This document shows, one piece after another, positions 53,810 to 64,000 of a stretch of 64,000 nt of DNA. A program made the position numbers and the translations under genes. Numbering within the stretch: position 1 is the stretch's first letter; each line of letters begins with the position of its first letter. The notes under the pieces were generated by a model, which was not told the origin of the DNA, did not search any database, and saw only the letters and a program-made list of their open reading frames with translations. Location of the stretch: contig CAYIYK010000001.1 in assembly GCA_964367745.1 (NCBI GenBank), positions 28,142-92,141 of the forward strand, written 5' to 3'. The stretch comes from an uncultured Candidatus Saccharibacteria bacterium. Lineage in GTDB: Bacteria > Patescibacteriota > Minisyncoccia > Phycocordibacterales > PALSA-1337.

Positions 53810-55300
53810 ATGAAAATATTTAGCTATATACGTAGTCATGCAGTTCTTTCGTCTGGTATTGCTATTGTAGCGGTCATTTCTATGATTGTTGCAGGTAGAA
53901 TGGCGAATAGAAACAAGGTGGTAGATAACAGTCAATTGAATGTAAAAAAGGTATCACTTGTAAGTGTATCTGATTTTCGAAATAATCAATCAAAAGTTTC
54001 AGCGGATGGTATCGTAGAATCGGTATCGCAAGTTGATCTAAAAAGTCAGATCTCAGCTCCAATATCTGTTGTAAATGTTTCTGTTGGAGACAGTGTTTCC
54101 GCTGGACAAACAATAGCGGTATTGCAAAACGCTGACATAAAGGCTCAACTTGATCAAGCAAGAGCAGGACTCCGACTTGCTCAAGGCCAATATACAAGTA
54201 CAGGTGTTTCTTTAGAATCATCTAAAAAGAATGCAATTGAAACACTAAGAACTAGTTATATTGCTGCGGATGAAATAATTAATATTAAAATAACTCAATC
54301 ACTTTATGAAAGTACTGGCAATAATCCTAAAATATCAACATTTATTTCAGATAGAAAATTAAGTGAATCTATAAGAGATAAGTATTTAAATTCAAAAGGG
54401 ATGTTTTTAGATTGGAAAAGGGTAATAGATTCACTAACTTTTGAGTCAAAAGATTCTGAAATCGAATCAGCTATAGTTCTGTCTAGAAAAAATTTTAATA
54501 CAATAAATTCACTACTAGATGATATGGCATTAGCAATAAATGATGCTACTAAGGGTACAAATGACGCTGGAACTTTTGCTATATTTTTAACTTGGCAAGA
54601 TATGATCAAAGATACTAGAGCATTAGCAAATAGTACAATGAGAAATCTTACAGGTACCGAATCGAGCATCTCTAGCTCAGTTGCACAGACCTCATCTGCT
54701 CAAGCTATAGTTAGAAACCTTGAAGCTCAATTTGCAAAAACTGTTATCACATCACCAATATCAGGCAAAATCGCCTCATTACCACTTCGAACTGGAGAAT
54801 TGGCACAACCAGGACAACTTATCGCTACTGTAGTTGGAGGTGGAGGATTACAAATAAAAGCATATGCAAGTGGTGAGGATTTCTCTAGAATTAAAAACGG
54901 AGCAAAGGTTCTAATACAAGGCAAAATAACTGGAACAGTGGTGAATGTTGCACCAAGTGTAAATGTAATAAATAAAAAAGTAGAAATAAAAATTTCAGTT
55001 GATGATTCAAATACAAATGAATTGGTAGTTGGTCAGAATGTGACTTTGTCTATCTCTACAGATGAACAAGTGAACAATAAAAATAACAATTACAGTCTCC
55101 CAATACAAAATGTGAAGATTATTCCAGGTGATGCTTTCGTCTATACTCTCGACTCAGAATCGAAGATCGTTAAGAATCCAGTAGTGCTTGGAAAAGTGCA
55201 AGGGGATTTCGTAGAAATAATAAGTGGAATAAATCCAGACATGATGATAGTAACTCCAGTATATGAAATAGAAGAAGGTGAAAAGGTAGTTGTTCAATAA
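53810..55300 (+). CDS. efflux RND-type periplasmic adaptor (membrane-fusion protein, HlyD-like)
   Basis: N-terminal TM, a coiled-coil hairpin and lipoyl/beta-barrel-like segments. It immediately precedes and overlaps the RND permease. Confidence 0.6.
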   Translation: MKIFSYIRSHAVLSSGIAIVAVISMIVAGRMANRNKVVDNSQLNVKKVSLVSVSDFRNNQSKVSADGIVESVSQVDLKSQISAPISVVNVSVGDSVSAGQTIAVLQNADIKAQLDQARAGLRLAQGQYTSTGVSLESSKKNAIETLRTSYIAADEIINIKITQSLYESTGNNPKISTFISDRKLSESIRDKYLNSKGMFLDWKRVIDSLTFESKDSEIESAIVLSRKNFNTINSLLDDMALAINDATKGTNDAGTFAIFLTWQDMIKDTRALANSTMRNLTGTESSISSSVAQTSSAQAIVRNLEAQFAKTVITSPISGKIASLPLRTGELAQPGQLIATVVGGGGLQIKAYASGEDFSRIKNGAKVLIQGKITGTVVNVAPSVNVINKKVEIKISVDDSNTNELVVGQNVTLSISTDEQVNNKNNNYSLPIQNVKIIPGDAFVYTLDSESKIVKNPVVLGKVQGDFVEIISGINPDMMIVTPVYEIEEGEKVVVQ

Positions 55301-58300
55301 AAATATGGATAATAAAAATAATGAAAAATCTTCAGACAGTCGATATCTTGAACGTCTAGAGTTTCGACCTGAACTAAGGAATACTTGGCTAAATTTCTTT
55401 GTGACCAACTTCAGAGTGGTTGTCCTTTTGATTATGATGATAACTGCTTGGGGATTGTTTTCATTTTTTAGTTTACCTAGAGAATCAAATCCAGAAATAA
55501 AGATTCCAATTGCTATAGTTTCTACTTTTTATCCTGGAGCATCACCTTCAGATGTTGAAGAATTTGTTACAAAAAAGATTGAAGCAAAACTTTCAGGATT
55601 AAAGGGGCTCAACAAACTTACTTCAAACTCTTACAATTCACTTTCAACTATTCAAGTAGAATTTAATGCAAATGAGAATCTTGAGGATGCTATAAGAAAT
55701 CTCCGTGACAAAGTCTCAACAGTTAAAAAAGATATATCAACCGATGCTGAAGAGCCAGTAGTAAGTGAAATATCACTAGACGATTCACCGATTTGGTCTA
55801 TTTCTCTAACTGGCCCTTATGATGGTTTTACATTAAGAAACTATATAGAAAAGATAAAGGATGAACTAGAGAAAAATCCTGGTGTAAGAGAAATCCAAAT
55901 TTATGGAGGAGATGAACTTGATTATGAAATTGCATACCAAAGTGATCGTCTACTTTATTATGGAATAACAACTGATGATGCAAATAGATCAGTGCTTTCT
56001 TCAAACATCGCTATACCCTCTGGAAACTTTGAGAATAAAGGTTTGATTTTCCCAATTAGGGTTGATGGAAGAATGACCGAAGTTAGCGATATTGCAAGAA
56101 TTCCTGTAATGCATACAAATGACGGTAGTACAGTCCAATTAAAAGATATTGCAAAAGTAACAGAAAAGGCAATTAAGAAAACTTCATATTCGCGATTGTC
56201 ACAAAACGGTAGTGAAGCCAAGAATTCTATTTCACTTTCTCTTATAAAAAGACAAGGCGCTTCAGTGCTAGATACAGTAGATCAAGCAAAAGCAAAGGTT
56301 GATGAAATGTTAAAGACTTTTGCTCCTGGAATTACCTACAGTGTAAGCATGGATATGGCAAAGGAGGTGAGAGTAAGTTTTGACCAACTGAGTCATGACT
56401 TCCTCATAACCGTACTTCTTGTATCTATTATTCTTTTCCTAATTGTGGGATTGAAAGAAGCTTTCGTTGCGGGTCTGGCTATACCACTTGTATTCTTTGT
56501 CAGTTTTGGAGTTTTGCATGCTATCGGAATGACTCTAAACTTCCTCTCACTATTTTCACTTATCCTTTCTCTCGGACTTCTTGTCGATGATGCTATTGTG
56601 GTAGTTTCTGCTACAAAACAATATCTAAATACTGGTAAATTTACACCGGAACAAGCAGTTCTTTTGGTTCTAAATGACTTTAAATGGGTACTTACAACTA
56701 CAACTCTTGCTACTGTTTGGGCTTTCCTACCTTTGCTTTTTGCAACAGGAATTGTTGGTCAATATCTAAAATCAATTCCAATAACGATTTCTATAACCCT
56801 TACTGCTTCACTTATCATTGCTTTAATGATAAATCACCCTCTCGCCGCTGTTCTTGAAAGAATTCGTTTAACAAAGAAATTCTTCTTTATTATAGAAGGA
56901 TTGCTAATCGTTTTTGCTGGAGCAATGTTTTATAACGGAGGGATAATACAAATTATTCTTGGAATTATCGCTCTTATTATAGAAGGATGGCTTATCTGGT
57001 GGTATGAAAAGGGAGGAATAGAAAAAATGAAAGAGAATAATAGATTGATGAATCTAGAATGGAAAGATGAATCACTAATAAAAAAGAAATTGGCTTCACA
57101 AGGTGATAGATCACATGAAGATTTTACCAATCGTCTAATACACGGAATCATAGATTTCCACAAATTCATCCCGATTTACGAAAAAACTTTGAGATACTAT
57201 ATCTTCGATAAAAAAAGAAGAAAGTTGGTTCTTGGTTTTGTCGGTTTACTTTTCATTGGTTCTATAATTCTTATTCCAACTGGAGTTATAAGAAATGAAT
57301 TCTTCCCAATATCAGATCAAGATTATGTTTATGTAGATATAAATACTCCAGTAGGATCAAGTCTAGATATAACTGATGCAAAGACAAAGCTTGTGGAAAA
57401 AGAATTGTCTATTTATCCTGATGTAACAAGTTATTCTACAATCATCGGACGCGCTAGTGCGAATTCAGGACAATTCGGTGGAGCGGGGACTGGTTCATTT
57501 AATATGTCATCTATCAGTCTTACTTTGAAAGATAAAAAGGAAAGATCAATGAAGTCATATGAATTGGCAAATAAAATCAGAGACGATTTGGAAAGTAAGA
57601 ATATTCCAGGAATAAAAATAAAGGTTTCAACACCTGCAGGAGGTCCGCCAGCTGGGGCAGCCTTTGAGGCACATATAGGTGGTGATGATTTGGCAATACT
57701 GACAAAGATCATGAATGATCTTCGTGCACCACTTTCTTCAATTCCTGGAGTTATAAATATCGATACTTCTATTAAGGATTCAGTTCCAGAATATACATTT
57801 ACTCTAGATCAACAAGCTTTGGAGAGGAATTATCTGAGTTCTGCTTATGTAGGAACGGTTCTAAGAACTGCAATATCAGATATTGAAATTGCAAAAGTGA
57901 TAAAGGGTGAAAAAGAAATAAAGCTTATAACTACTTTTGATAAAGGTAGCTTGCCAGATTTGGAATCAATTCAAAATCTCCAAATACTCAATACTCTTAA
58001 GCAACCTGTTTTCCTTAAAGACGTAGCAAAAATAGAATTGAAACCTGCTGTGAATGTGATTACACGTATTGATCAAAAGAGAACCGTGGTACTTTCAGCT
58101 GGTGCTGATTCAAGTACAAATGGACCAACAATACTTGCACAATTCCAAGAGAAAATAAAAGATTATGTAGCTCCTGCAGGTTATACAATAAGTTATGGAG
58201 GAGAGAATGAACAGAATGCTGAATCATTTTTATCTATAATAAAAGCGATGGTAATAGCAATACTTCTAATCGTTGCTACTCTAGTTATACAGTTCAATTC

Positions 58301-58712
58301 ATTTAGAAAATCACTTATCGTACTTGTACCTATACCTCTCGCTTTGATCGGAGTATTCCTTGGAATGGCAGTGTTTGATGTATCTATCGGACTTCCTGCA
58401 CTTATTGGTATATTGGCACTATTTGGTATTGTGGTTAAGAACTCTATTATTCTTGTTGATAAAATAAATCTAAATCTAAAGAGTGGAATTGATTTCGAAG
58501 ATGCAATAATCGATGCTGGTAAATCAAGACTTGAAGCGATATTTATCACATCAATTTGTACAATATTCGGTATATTGCCGGTTACACTTTCAGATGAATT
58601 CTGGCAAGCACTTGGAAGTTCTGTAATATTTGGATTGACACTTTCATCATTCCTAACATTGTTCCTAGTTCCTGCATTCTATTTGATTCTAATGAAAGAG
58701 AAGACGGATTAG
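55290..58712 (+). CDS. RND-superfamily efflux permease (AcrB-like, 1140 aa)
   Basis: Twelve TM segments with two large loops. It carries the conserved LLVDDAIVVVS motif. Confidence 0.85.
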   Translation: MFNKNMDNKNNEKSSDSRYLERLEFRPELRNTWLNFFVTNFRVVVLLIMMITAWGLFSFFSLPRESNPEIKIPIAIVSTFYPGASPSDVEEFVTKKIEAKLSGLKGLNKLTSNSYNSLSTIQVEFNANENLEDAIRNLRDKVSTVKKDISTDAEEPVVSEISLDDSPIWSISLTGPYDGFTLRNYIEKIKDELEKNPGVREIQIYGGDELDYEIAYQSDRLLYYGITTDDANRSVLSSNIAIPSGNFENKGLIFPIRVDGRMTEVSDIARIPVMHTNDGSTVQLKDIAKVTEKAIKKTSYSRLSQNGSEAKNSISLSLIKRQGASVLDTVDQAKAKVDEMLKTFAPGITYSVSMDMAKEVRVSFDQLSHDFLITVLLVSIILFLIVGLKEAFVAGLAIPLVFFVSFGVLHAIGMTLNFLSLFSLILSLGLLVDDAIVVVSATKQYLNTGKFTPEQAVLLVLNDFKWVLTTTTLATVWAFLPLLFATGIVGQYLKSIPITISITLTASLIIALMINHPLAAVLERIRLTKKFFFIIEGLLIVFAGAMFYNGGIIQIILGIIALIIEGWLIWWYEKGGIEKMKENNRLMNLEWKDESLIKKKLASQGDRSHEDFTNRLIHGIIDFHKFIPIYEKTLRYYIFDKKRRKLVLGFVGLLFIGSIILIPTGVIRNEFFPISDQDYVYVDINTPVGSSLDITDAKTKLVEKELSIYPDVTSYSTIIGRASANSGQFGGAGTGSFNMSSISLTLKDKKERSMKSYELANKIRDDLESKNIPGIKIKVSTPAGGPPAGAAFEAHIGGDDLAILTKIMNDLRAPLSSIPGVINIDTSIKDSVPEYTFTLDQQALERNYLSSAYVGTVLRTAISDIEIAKVIKGEKEIKLITTFDKGSLPDLESIQNLQILNTLKQPVFLKDVAKIELKPAVNVITRIDQKRTVVLSAGADSSTNGPTILAQFQEKIKDYVAPAGYTISYGGENEQNAESFLSIIKAMVIAILLIVATLVIQFNSFRKSLIVLVPIPLALIGVFLGMAVFDVSIGLPALIGILALFGIVVKNSIILVDKINLNLKSGIDFEDAIIDAGKSRLEAIFITSICTIFGILPVTLSDEFWQALGSSVIFGLTLSSFLTLFLVPAFYLILMKEKTD

Positions 58713-58735
58713 TAAAGTTTTGCTATTATATAGAT

Positions 58736-59680
58736 ATGTCAAAAAAGATATTACTTTCTGGAGTAAAGCCAACAGGTAGACCTCATATTGGTAATTATTT
58801 CGGAGCAATGAAACAATTCACTGATTTACAATCACAATATGATTGTCGTTTTATGATTGCCAATTATCATGCTTTGAACTTTATTCAGAATGGTGATGAG
58901 ATGAGAAAGAATACTTTGGACTTAGCTCTAGATTATCTTGCTATAGGTTTGGATCCAGAGAAATCTCTAATATTCAAGCAATCTGATGTAAATGCGCATA
59001 CAGAACTTACTTGGATTTTCGATACTATTACAACAATGCCGTATCTAATGAGAGCACATGCTTTCAAGGATGCAGAAGCAAAAGATAAAGAGATTTCAGT
59101 TGGTACATTCAACTATCCAATTCTAATGGCTTCAGATATTTTGCTTTATGATGCAGATATTGTTCCAGTTGGTCAGGATCAAAAACAACATATTGAGTAC
59201 ACTAGAGATATAGCACAGAAGTTCAACAATACTTTTGGTGAAGTATTTAAGCTTCCAGATCCATACATTATGCAAAGTGTAGCTATTATTCCTGGAACAG
59301 ATGGACAAAAGATGTCTAAGAGTTATGGCAATACTATTCCACTTTTCTCCACTCGCGAAGAGATAACTAAAGCTGTAATGGGAATAGTAACAGATTCAAG
59401 CGGGGAAATTCCTATGAATGTTTATAATATTCACAAACTATTTAGAACAGAAGCAGATTTGAAAAAGATTTATGATGAAAATAAAGGTAAGTATAAGATT
59501 TTAAAAGAAGCATTGATAGAAGACCTCGACGCTTTCATTAAACCACTTAGAGAGAGAAGAGAAATGTTAGCAAAAGATATTGATAAAGTTGAAGAAATAC
59601 TAGAAGATGGAGCAATTAAAGCGAGAGAGATAGCAGATGAGAAGCTTTTTGCAGTAAAGACAGCAATTGGTGTAATATAA
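58736..59680 (+). CDS. trpS: tryptophanyl-tRNA synthetase
   Basis: SGVKPTGRPHIGNYFGA (HIGH-class) and KMSKS. 314 aa. Confidence 0.9.
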   Translation: MSKKILLSGVKPTGRPHIGNYFGAMKQFTDLQSQYDCRFMIANYHALNFIQNGDEMRKNTLDLALDYLAIGLDPEKSLIFKQSDVNAHTELTWIFDTITTMPYLMRAHAFKDAEAKDKEISVGTFNYPILMASDILLYDADIVPVGQDQKQHIEYTRDIAQKFNNTFGEVFKLPDPYIMQSVAIIPGTDGQKMSKSYGNTIPLFSTREEITKAVMGIVTDSSGEIPMNVYNIHKLFRTEADLKKIYDENKGKYKILKEALIEDLDAFIKPLRERREMLAKDIDKVEEILEDGAIKAREIADEKLFAVKTAIGVI

Positions 59681-59685
59681 AAACT

Positions 59686-60978
59686 ATGAAAAGAACATAT
59701 ATAAAAGATTTGAAGGAGTATGTAGGGAAGGAGGTTAGTATATCTGGATTTGTACACACTATAAGAGTACAGAGTAAAATTATCTTTATAATTTTAAGAG
59801 ATATAACTGGCCTTGTTCAGCTTGTTGTAATGAAAGACAATGCAAACTTTGATTTAGCAAAGGATCTATCAAGTGAATCAGTAATAAAGATTTCTGGCAC
59901 AGTTAAAGAGGAAAAGAATGCAATCGGCGGTGTAGAAATACATCCTGATACATTGGTAGTATTGTCGAAATCAAACCCAGAACTTCCTATTCCGGTAGTT
60001 ACAAAAAAAGGTAATGAAGAAACTGAAGCGCCTATTCGTTTTGACTATAGATGGTTGGATTTACGAAAGCCAGAAAAGGCTAAAATCTTTAAGGTTTGGA
60101 CAATGCTCGAAAAAGGTTTTAGAGATTATTATTTGAATAATAACTTTATTCAAGTTTATTCTCCTTCATTCATGAGTACTCCATCAGAGACGGGTGCTGA
60201 GGTTTTTGAAGTAAAATATTTTGATAGATTAGCTTATCTAGCTCAATCACCACAATTTTATAAACAAATGGCAATCGCTAGTGGATTCGAGAAGGTATTT
60301 ATGATGGGTCCGATATTTCGAGCTGAAGAGTCATTTACTACTCGCCATATGACAGAATTCACTGGATGGGACTTTGAGATTGGCTATATAGATTCTCACC
60401 ATGACATAATGGATAATGAAGAGGGAATGATTGTAAGTGGTATGGAAGCTATCAAACAAGCCATGCCAGATCTAGATATTACTATTCCACAAAGACCTTT
60501 TCCAAGGATTCCAATAGTAGAAGCAAAGAAGATTCTAAAGGACAGAGGATTTAGTTCTGGAGAAGAACATGACCTATCACCTGAAGAAGAAAAAGGTATT
60601 TGGGAATATGTAAAAGAAACAAAAAATCATGACTTTGTTTTCATCACTGATTATCACAAATCAAAGAGTGCTTTTTATCACATGAGACATGAAAATGATA
60701 ATGATAGATCAAAACGAGCTGACCTTATATACAGAGGTATTGAGATTACGACTCTAGCTCAGCGTGAACATAGACCAGAGATATTGGAGAAGCAAGCTAT
60801 CGAAAAGGGAATGAGTTTGGAATCATTAAAAGACTATTTGAATTTCTTTAGATATGGGTGTCCGCCACACGGTGGAGCTGGTATAGGTCCAGGAAGATTT
60901 ATAATGAAAATTCTTGATTTACCAAACGTAAGAGAAGCGACATATCTACCAAGAGATGTGAAGAGACTAAATCCTTAA
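59686..60978 (+). CDS. aspS: aspartyl-tRNA synthetase, short archaeal/non-discriminating type (an AsnRS cannot be excluded)
   Basis: N-terminal OB fold. Class II motif 2 FRAEESFTTRHMTEFTGWDFE and motif 3 GGAGIGPGRFIMKIL. 430 aa. Confidence 0.75.
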   Translation: MKRTYIKDLKEYVGKEVSISGFVHTIRVQSKIIFIILRDITGLVQLVVMKDNANFDLAKDLSSESVIKISGTVKEEKNAIGGVEIHPDTLVVLSKSNPELPIPVVTKKGNEETEAPIRFDYRWLDLRKPEKAKIFKVWTMLEKGFRDYYLNNNFIQVYSPSFMSTPSETGAEVFEVKYFDRLAYLAQSPQFYKQMAIASGFEKVFMMGPIFRAEESFTTRHMTEFTGWDFEIGYIDSHHDIMDNEEGMIVSGMEAIKQAMPDLDITIPQRPFPRIPIVEAKKILKDRGFSSGEEHDLSPEEEKGIWEYVKETKNHDFVFITDYHKSKSAFYHMRHENDNDRSKRADLIYRGIEITTLAQREHRPEILEKQAIEKGMSLESLKDYLNFFRYGCPPHGGAGIGPGRFIMKILDLPNVREATYLPRDVKRLNP

Positions 60979-60994
60979 ATCATAAAAGTTAAAC

Positions 60995-61028
60995 ATAGCC
61001 CCTTAGTAAAAGGGGTTTTGTTTTGTTT
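60995..61028 (+). terminator. rho-independent terminator
   Basis: gcccctt-agtaa-aaggggttttgttttgttt. Confidence 0.55.
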
Positions 61029-61115
61029 AAAATCCAAATCTAACTATATTGACCCAGTAAACTATATCTGATACTTTTATCAAAAAAGGCTCTTTAACTG
61101 CAAACCAAACTACAA

Positions 61116-61634
61116 ATGAATGCTAATAGTATCAAGGATAGGTTACGACTCTCCATACCTAAAGGTGCTCAAATTCATTTTTTAGATATAACTTACAACC
61201 CCGGTTGTGAATGGGTTGAAGCTTTGAGTGGTACTGATGTAAATAAACAGAATTATCCTGAAGTTCTCAAAATTGGAAGTCAGTTTCCACCAGTAAAAGG
61301 AAGTGGTAGTATTAGTGGAACAATCGCTATGATCAGCTATTTCAGTACTAGTGGTATGGACAGAGCATGCACCTGGGCGAAATCTCATGGTTTGCAAGAA
61401 ACAACACCACGAGAAGTCTTTGTTATCGGCAAGTCATATCCAAAGATTTACGCTGATTTAGGACAGGAACTTACATGCGTAGTGGCAACTAAGAAATGCA
61501 AATTTCTAGGTTATAGCGGAGCATGTTATTGTTGGCGTACATGCGATGAACTTAGAATGGGTGTTGGGTTTTTAACAGATTTTGATACTGAAGAACACTG
61601 GTACTCATTCAGTATACCTACGAGTATGCTGTAA
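61116..61634 (+). CDS. hypothetical Cys-rich protein (172 aa), moderately GC-rich
   Basis: ORF track. It is flanked by 15-bp direct repeats ggggttttgttttgt at 61012 and 61661. Confidence 0.35.
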   Translation: MNANSIKDRLRLSIPKGAQIHFLDITYNPGCEWVEALSGTDVNKQNYPEVLKIGSQFPPVKGSGSISGTIAMISYFSTSGMDRACTWAKSHGLQETTPREVFVIGKSYPKIYADLGQELTCVVATKKCKFLGYSGACYCWRTCDELRMGVGFLTDFDTEEHWYSFSIPTSML

Positions 61635-61702
61635 ACACTCAAAAGCCTCATAAAAAATATGGGGTTTTGTTTTGTCTATTTTATTTCTGCTATAATATCT
61701 CC

Positions 61703-62434
61703 ATGTCCCAATCCTTTATTATCAAATCCGAAGTATTCGAAGGTCCTCTAGACCTCCTTCTTTCTTTAGTTGAAAAAAGAAAACTTTTTATAAATGATAT
61801 CGCTCTTGCAAAAGTCACGGATGATTTCATAAATCACATACAAAATTTTGATAAACTACCAATGGAAGACTCAGCTTCTTTTATTCTAATTGCTTCTACT
61901 CTACTTTTAATAAAATCGAAATCACTTTTACCAGCTCTAACTTTAACTGAAGAAGAGGAAGTTGAGATTCATGATTTGGAAACAAGACTAAAAATCTATC
62001 AAAGAATAAAGGATGCAAGTGTACATATAAAAGATATTTTTGGAAAAGAGATAATATTTCAAAGATCTCAAACACCAAAGATCGATCCCATCTTTTCTCC
62101 ACATGAATCAATGAATCTTTTATCACTTGCACAATCTATAAAAGATATGATTCACGCTCTTCCGAAAAAAGAAAATATTCCAAAAGCAGTAGTAAGAAAA
62201 GTTATAAGTCTAGAAGAAACAATAGACAATCTGACAAAAAGAATAACTACAGGACTAAGAATGAAATTCAGTGATTTTGCTAGTGTTCATAAAGAAGAAA
62301 AAGTAAATATTATCGTAAGTTTCCTCGCTATGCTTGAGCTTGTAAAACAAGGAGTTATACATGTAACTCAAGAAAACCATTTTGGGGATATCAACATGGA
62401 AACAAAAGAAGTTGGAGTTCCGAGGTATAATTAA
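61703..62434 (+). CDS. scpA: segregation and condensation protein A
   Basis: FEGPLDLLLSLVEKRKLFINDIALAKVTDDF. Confidence 0.8.
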   Translation: MSQSFIIKSEVFEGPLDLLLSLVEKRKLFINDIALAKVTDDFINHIQNFDKLPMEDSASFILIASTLLLIKSKSLLPALTLTEEEEVEIHDLETRLKIYQRIKDASVHIKDIFGKEIIFQRSQTPKIDPIFSPHESMNLLSLAQSIKDMIHALPKKENIPKAVVRKVISLEETIDNLTKRITTGLRMKFSDFASVHKEEKVNIIVSFLAMLELVKQGVIHVTQENHFGDINMETKEVGVPRYN

Positions 62435-62437
62435 TTT

Positions 62438-63013
62438 ATGTCATTACCACTTGAATCACAAATTGAAGCATTATTGTTCTGGAAAGCAGAAACTCTTTCT
62501 ATTAAAAAAATAGCAAATATTTTAAATAAAGATGTAGAGGAAATTAAAACTGCAATACAAACTCTAAGAGAATCTCTAAATGGTAGAGGTGTTACTTTGA
62601 TTGAATGGGAAGAGGATATTACTCTTGGAACTGCAAAAGAAGCCTCTGAACTTATAGAAACATTAAATAAAGAAGAATTGTCAAAAGATTTGGGTAAAGC
62701 TGGACTTGAAACATTATCAATTATTCTCTATCAAGGACCAATATCTCGTGTGGATATAGACTATATAAGAGGAGTAAATTCGCAGTTTATAGTAAGAAAT
62801 CTACTTATAAGAGGTCTCGTCGAAAAAGTCGACAATCCGATGGATCAAAGAAGTTTCTTATATAAACCAAGTCTCGAGTTACTAGCATATTTAGGTATTT
62901 CAAAAGTGACAGACTTGCCTGATTTTGAATCTGTCAGAAAAGATATAGAATCATTCAAAAAGGCTGAAGGAAGTTCTTCAAACGATAAAGAGCAAATAAA
63001 GAGTAATGAATAA
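62438..63013 (+). CDS. scpB: segregation and condensation protein B
   Basis: IEALLFWKAETLSIKKIANIL...GVTLIEWEEDITL and tandem wHTH repeats. Confidence 0.8.
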   Translation: MSLPLESQIEALLFWKAETLSIKKIANILNKDVEEIKTAIQTLRESLNGRGVTLIEWEEDITLGTAKEASELIETLNKEELSKDLGKAGLETLSIILYQGPISRVDIDYIRGVNSQFIVRNLLIRGLVEKVDNPMDQRSFLYKPSLELLAYLGISKVTDLPDFESVRKDIESFKKAEGSSSNDKEQIKSNE

Positions 63014-64000
63014 ACTTAAGATCGACAAGATATATCTGACATCAGTTATTCTACTTACCGTAGTTGGCTTTTTTATTTTTAGTTCAGCATCGCTAGGTCT
63101 ACTCGCTCGTAACGGTGCGAGTTTCCAATCTGTAGCTATGAGTCAAAGCGCCGGACTTATTTTAGGTATTATTTCTTTTTATATAATGTCTAAAATAAAT
63201 TATAAAGTATTAAGAAAAAATGCTTTTTATATTTTAATAGGTGCTATATGCATTAACTTACTTTTATTTGTTCCAGGCTTATCCTTTGATCATGGAGGAG
63301 CTTCAAGATGGATAAATCTAGGTTTTACTACATTTCAGCCGTCAGAATTCCTCAAAATTGCTTTTATTATTTATTTTGCAGCTTGGCTTTCTGGATTAAA
63401 AGAAAAGATTGGAGAATTTAAATTTGGGATTATACCTTATATGGTTATAGTCAGTATACTTGGAATCTTGCTTATGATTCAATCTGATACAGATACATTC
63501 GTCGTTATTGCTACTACCGGTCTTATTATGCTTTTTATAGCAGGAGGAAAGATAAAACACATTCTTATACTATGTGGACTAGGTGCTATTATGCTTTTCA
63601 CGCTTGTCTTGGTCAGACCTTATATAATGCAAAGAGTCATGACATTCTTTAATCACGGTGTTGATACACAAGGTGCAGGTTATCAGATACAACAATCTCT
63701 AATCGCTATTGGTTCAGGGAGAATAGTCGGAAGAGGTTTTGGTCAAAGTGTGCAGAAATTCAACTATTTGCCAGAACCAATTGGAGATTCAATATTTGCA
63801 GTCGGTGCAGAAGAATTCGGTTTCATCGGAAGTATCGTGCTTATTGGATTATTTTTATTTTTTTTTACAAAATCTATGAAGATATCCGTAAGGTCACCAG
63901 ATTATTTTGGTGGACTAACTGCAATCGGAATTGCTATACTTATCCTCATAGAGTCGTTTATGAATATTTCTTCGATGCTTGGACTTATACCGCTATCGGG
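63006..64000 (+). CDS. SEDS-family peptidoglycan glycosyltransferase (FtsW/RodA), 5' portion; it runs off the right edge
   Basis: Hand translation from the ATG at 63006 gives MNKLKIDKIYLTSVILLTVVGFFIFSSAS...LIAIGSGRIVGRGFGQSVQKFNYLPEPIGDSIFAVGAEEFGFIGS, which are canonical SEDS motifs. It is not in the ORF track because it has no stop in the window. Confidence 0.75.
   Translation, partial: MNKLKIDKIYLTSVILLTVVGFFIFSSASLGLLARNGASFQSVAMSQSAGLILGIISFYIMSKINYKVLRKNAFYILIGAICINLLLFVPGLSFDHGGASRWINLGFTTFQPSEFLKIAFIIYFAAWLSGLKEKIGEFKFGIIPYMVIVSILGILLMIQSDTDTFVVIATTGLIMLFIAGGKIKHILILCGLGAIMLFTLVLVRPYIMQRVMTFFNHGVDTQGAGYQIQQSLIAIGSGRIVGRGFGQSVQKFNYLPEPIGDSIFAVGAEEFGFIGSIVLIGLFLFFFTKSMKISVRSPDYFGGLTAIGIAILILIESFMNISSMLGLIPLS

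Noticed and set aside
1-64000. Integrase, transposase or IS elements that might explain the repeats
   Set aside because: No protein in any frame shows the tyrosine-recombinase R..HxxR..Y pattern, serine-recombinase, DDE or HUH motifs. The mobility signatures are therefore reported as repeats only.

Overview
Low-GC (by eye roughly 30-35% G+C), gene-dense bacterial DNA. Genes are compact and housekeeping proteins are short: AlaRS is 591 aa and lacks a C-Ala domain, LeuRS is about 770 aa, AspRS is archaeal-type at 430 aa. rplM-rpsI is fused onto the end of the infA-rpmJ-rpsM-rpsK-rpsD-rpoA-rplQ cluster. The stop codon TGA is used (e.g. ddl), so the standard code applies. Together these traits fit a reduced-genome, Patescibacteria/CPR-like organism, but that is inference.

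The core backbone contains ddl, one tRNA-Ala(TGC), a lexA operon with a Cheo-type SOS box, ppa, zwf, an ABC exporter, ychF and leuS. It continues with mltG, mnmA, an M3 oligoendopeptidase, alaS, the ribosomal/rpoA cluster, a Nudix hydrolase, grpE, dnaK, a DnaJ-like protein and an RND efflux pair. The right end carries trpS, aspS, scpAB and a partial ftsW/rodA.

Interleaved with the backbone are clearly accessory segments.

- Downstream of tRNA-Ala are two tandem insertions. Each ends in a direct copy of the tRNA 3' end. They carry a VOC/bleomycin-resistance-like gene, an APH-family phosphotransferase and a GC-rich ORFan.
- Between ychF and leuS lies a 6 kb array of seven small cassettes. Each cassette is bounded by a degenerate, in-frame direct copy of the last ~10 codons of ychF. 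The cassettes hold small secreted or membrane proteins and a GC-rich non-coding segment. One cassette holds a rifampin-phosphotransferase/PEP-synthase-like enzyme split into two genes around a GC-rich histidine-phosphatase gene on the opposite strand.
- Several single genes are bracketed by 15-35 bp perfect direct repeats. Three of these repeats are terminator-half duplications.
- Other accessory items are a YefM/MazF toxin-antitoxin pair, a RhuM-Doc protein, a kinase-glycosyltransferase-nucleotidyltransferase trio, an ATP-cone::PD-(D/E)xK nuclease fusion and multiple ~50% GC ORFans.

No integrase, transposase, CRISPR array or rRNA is visible in the window.
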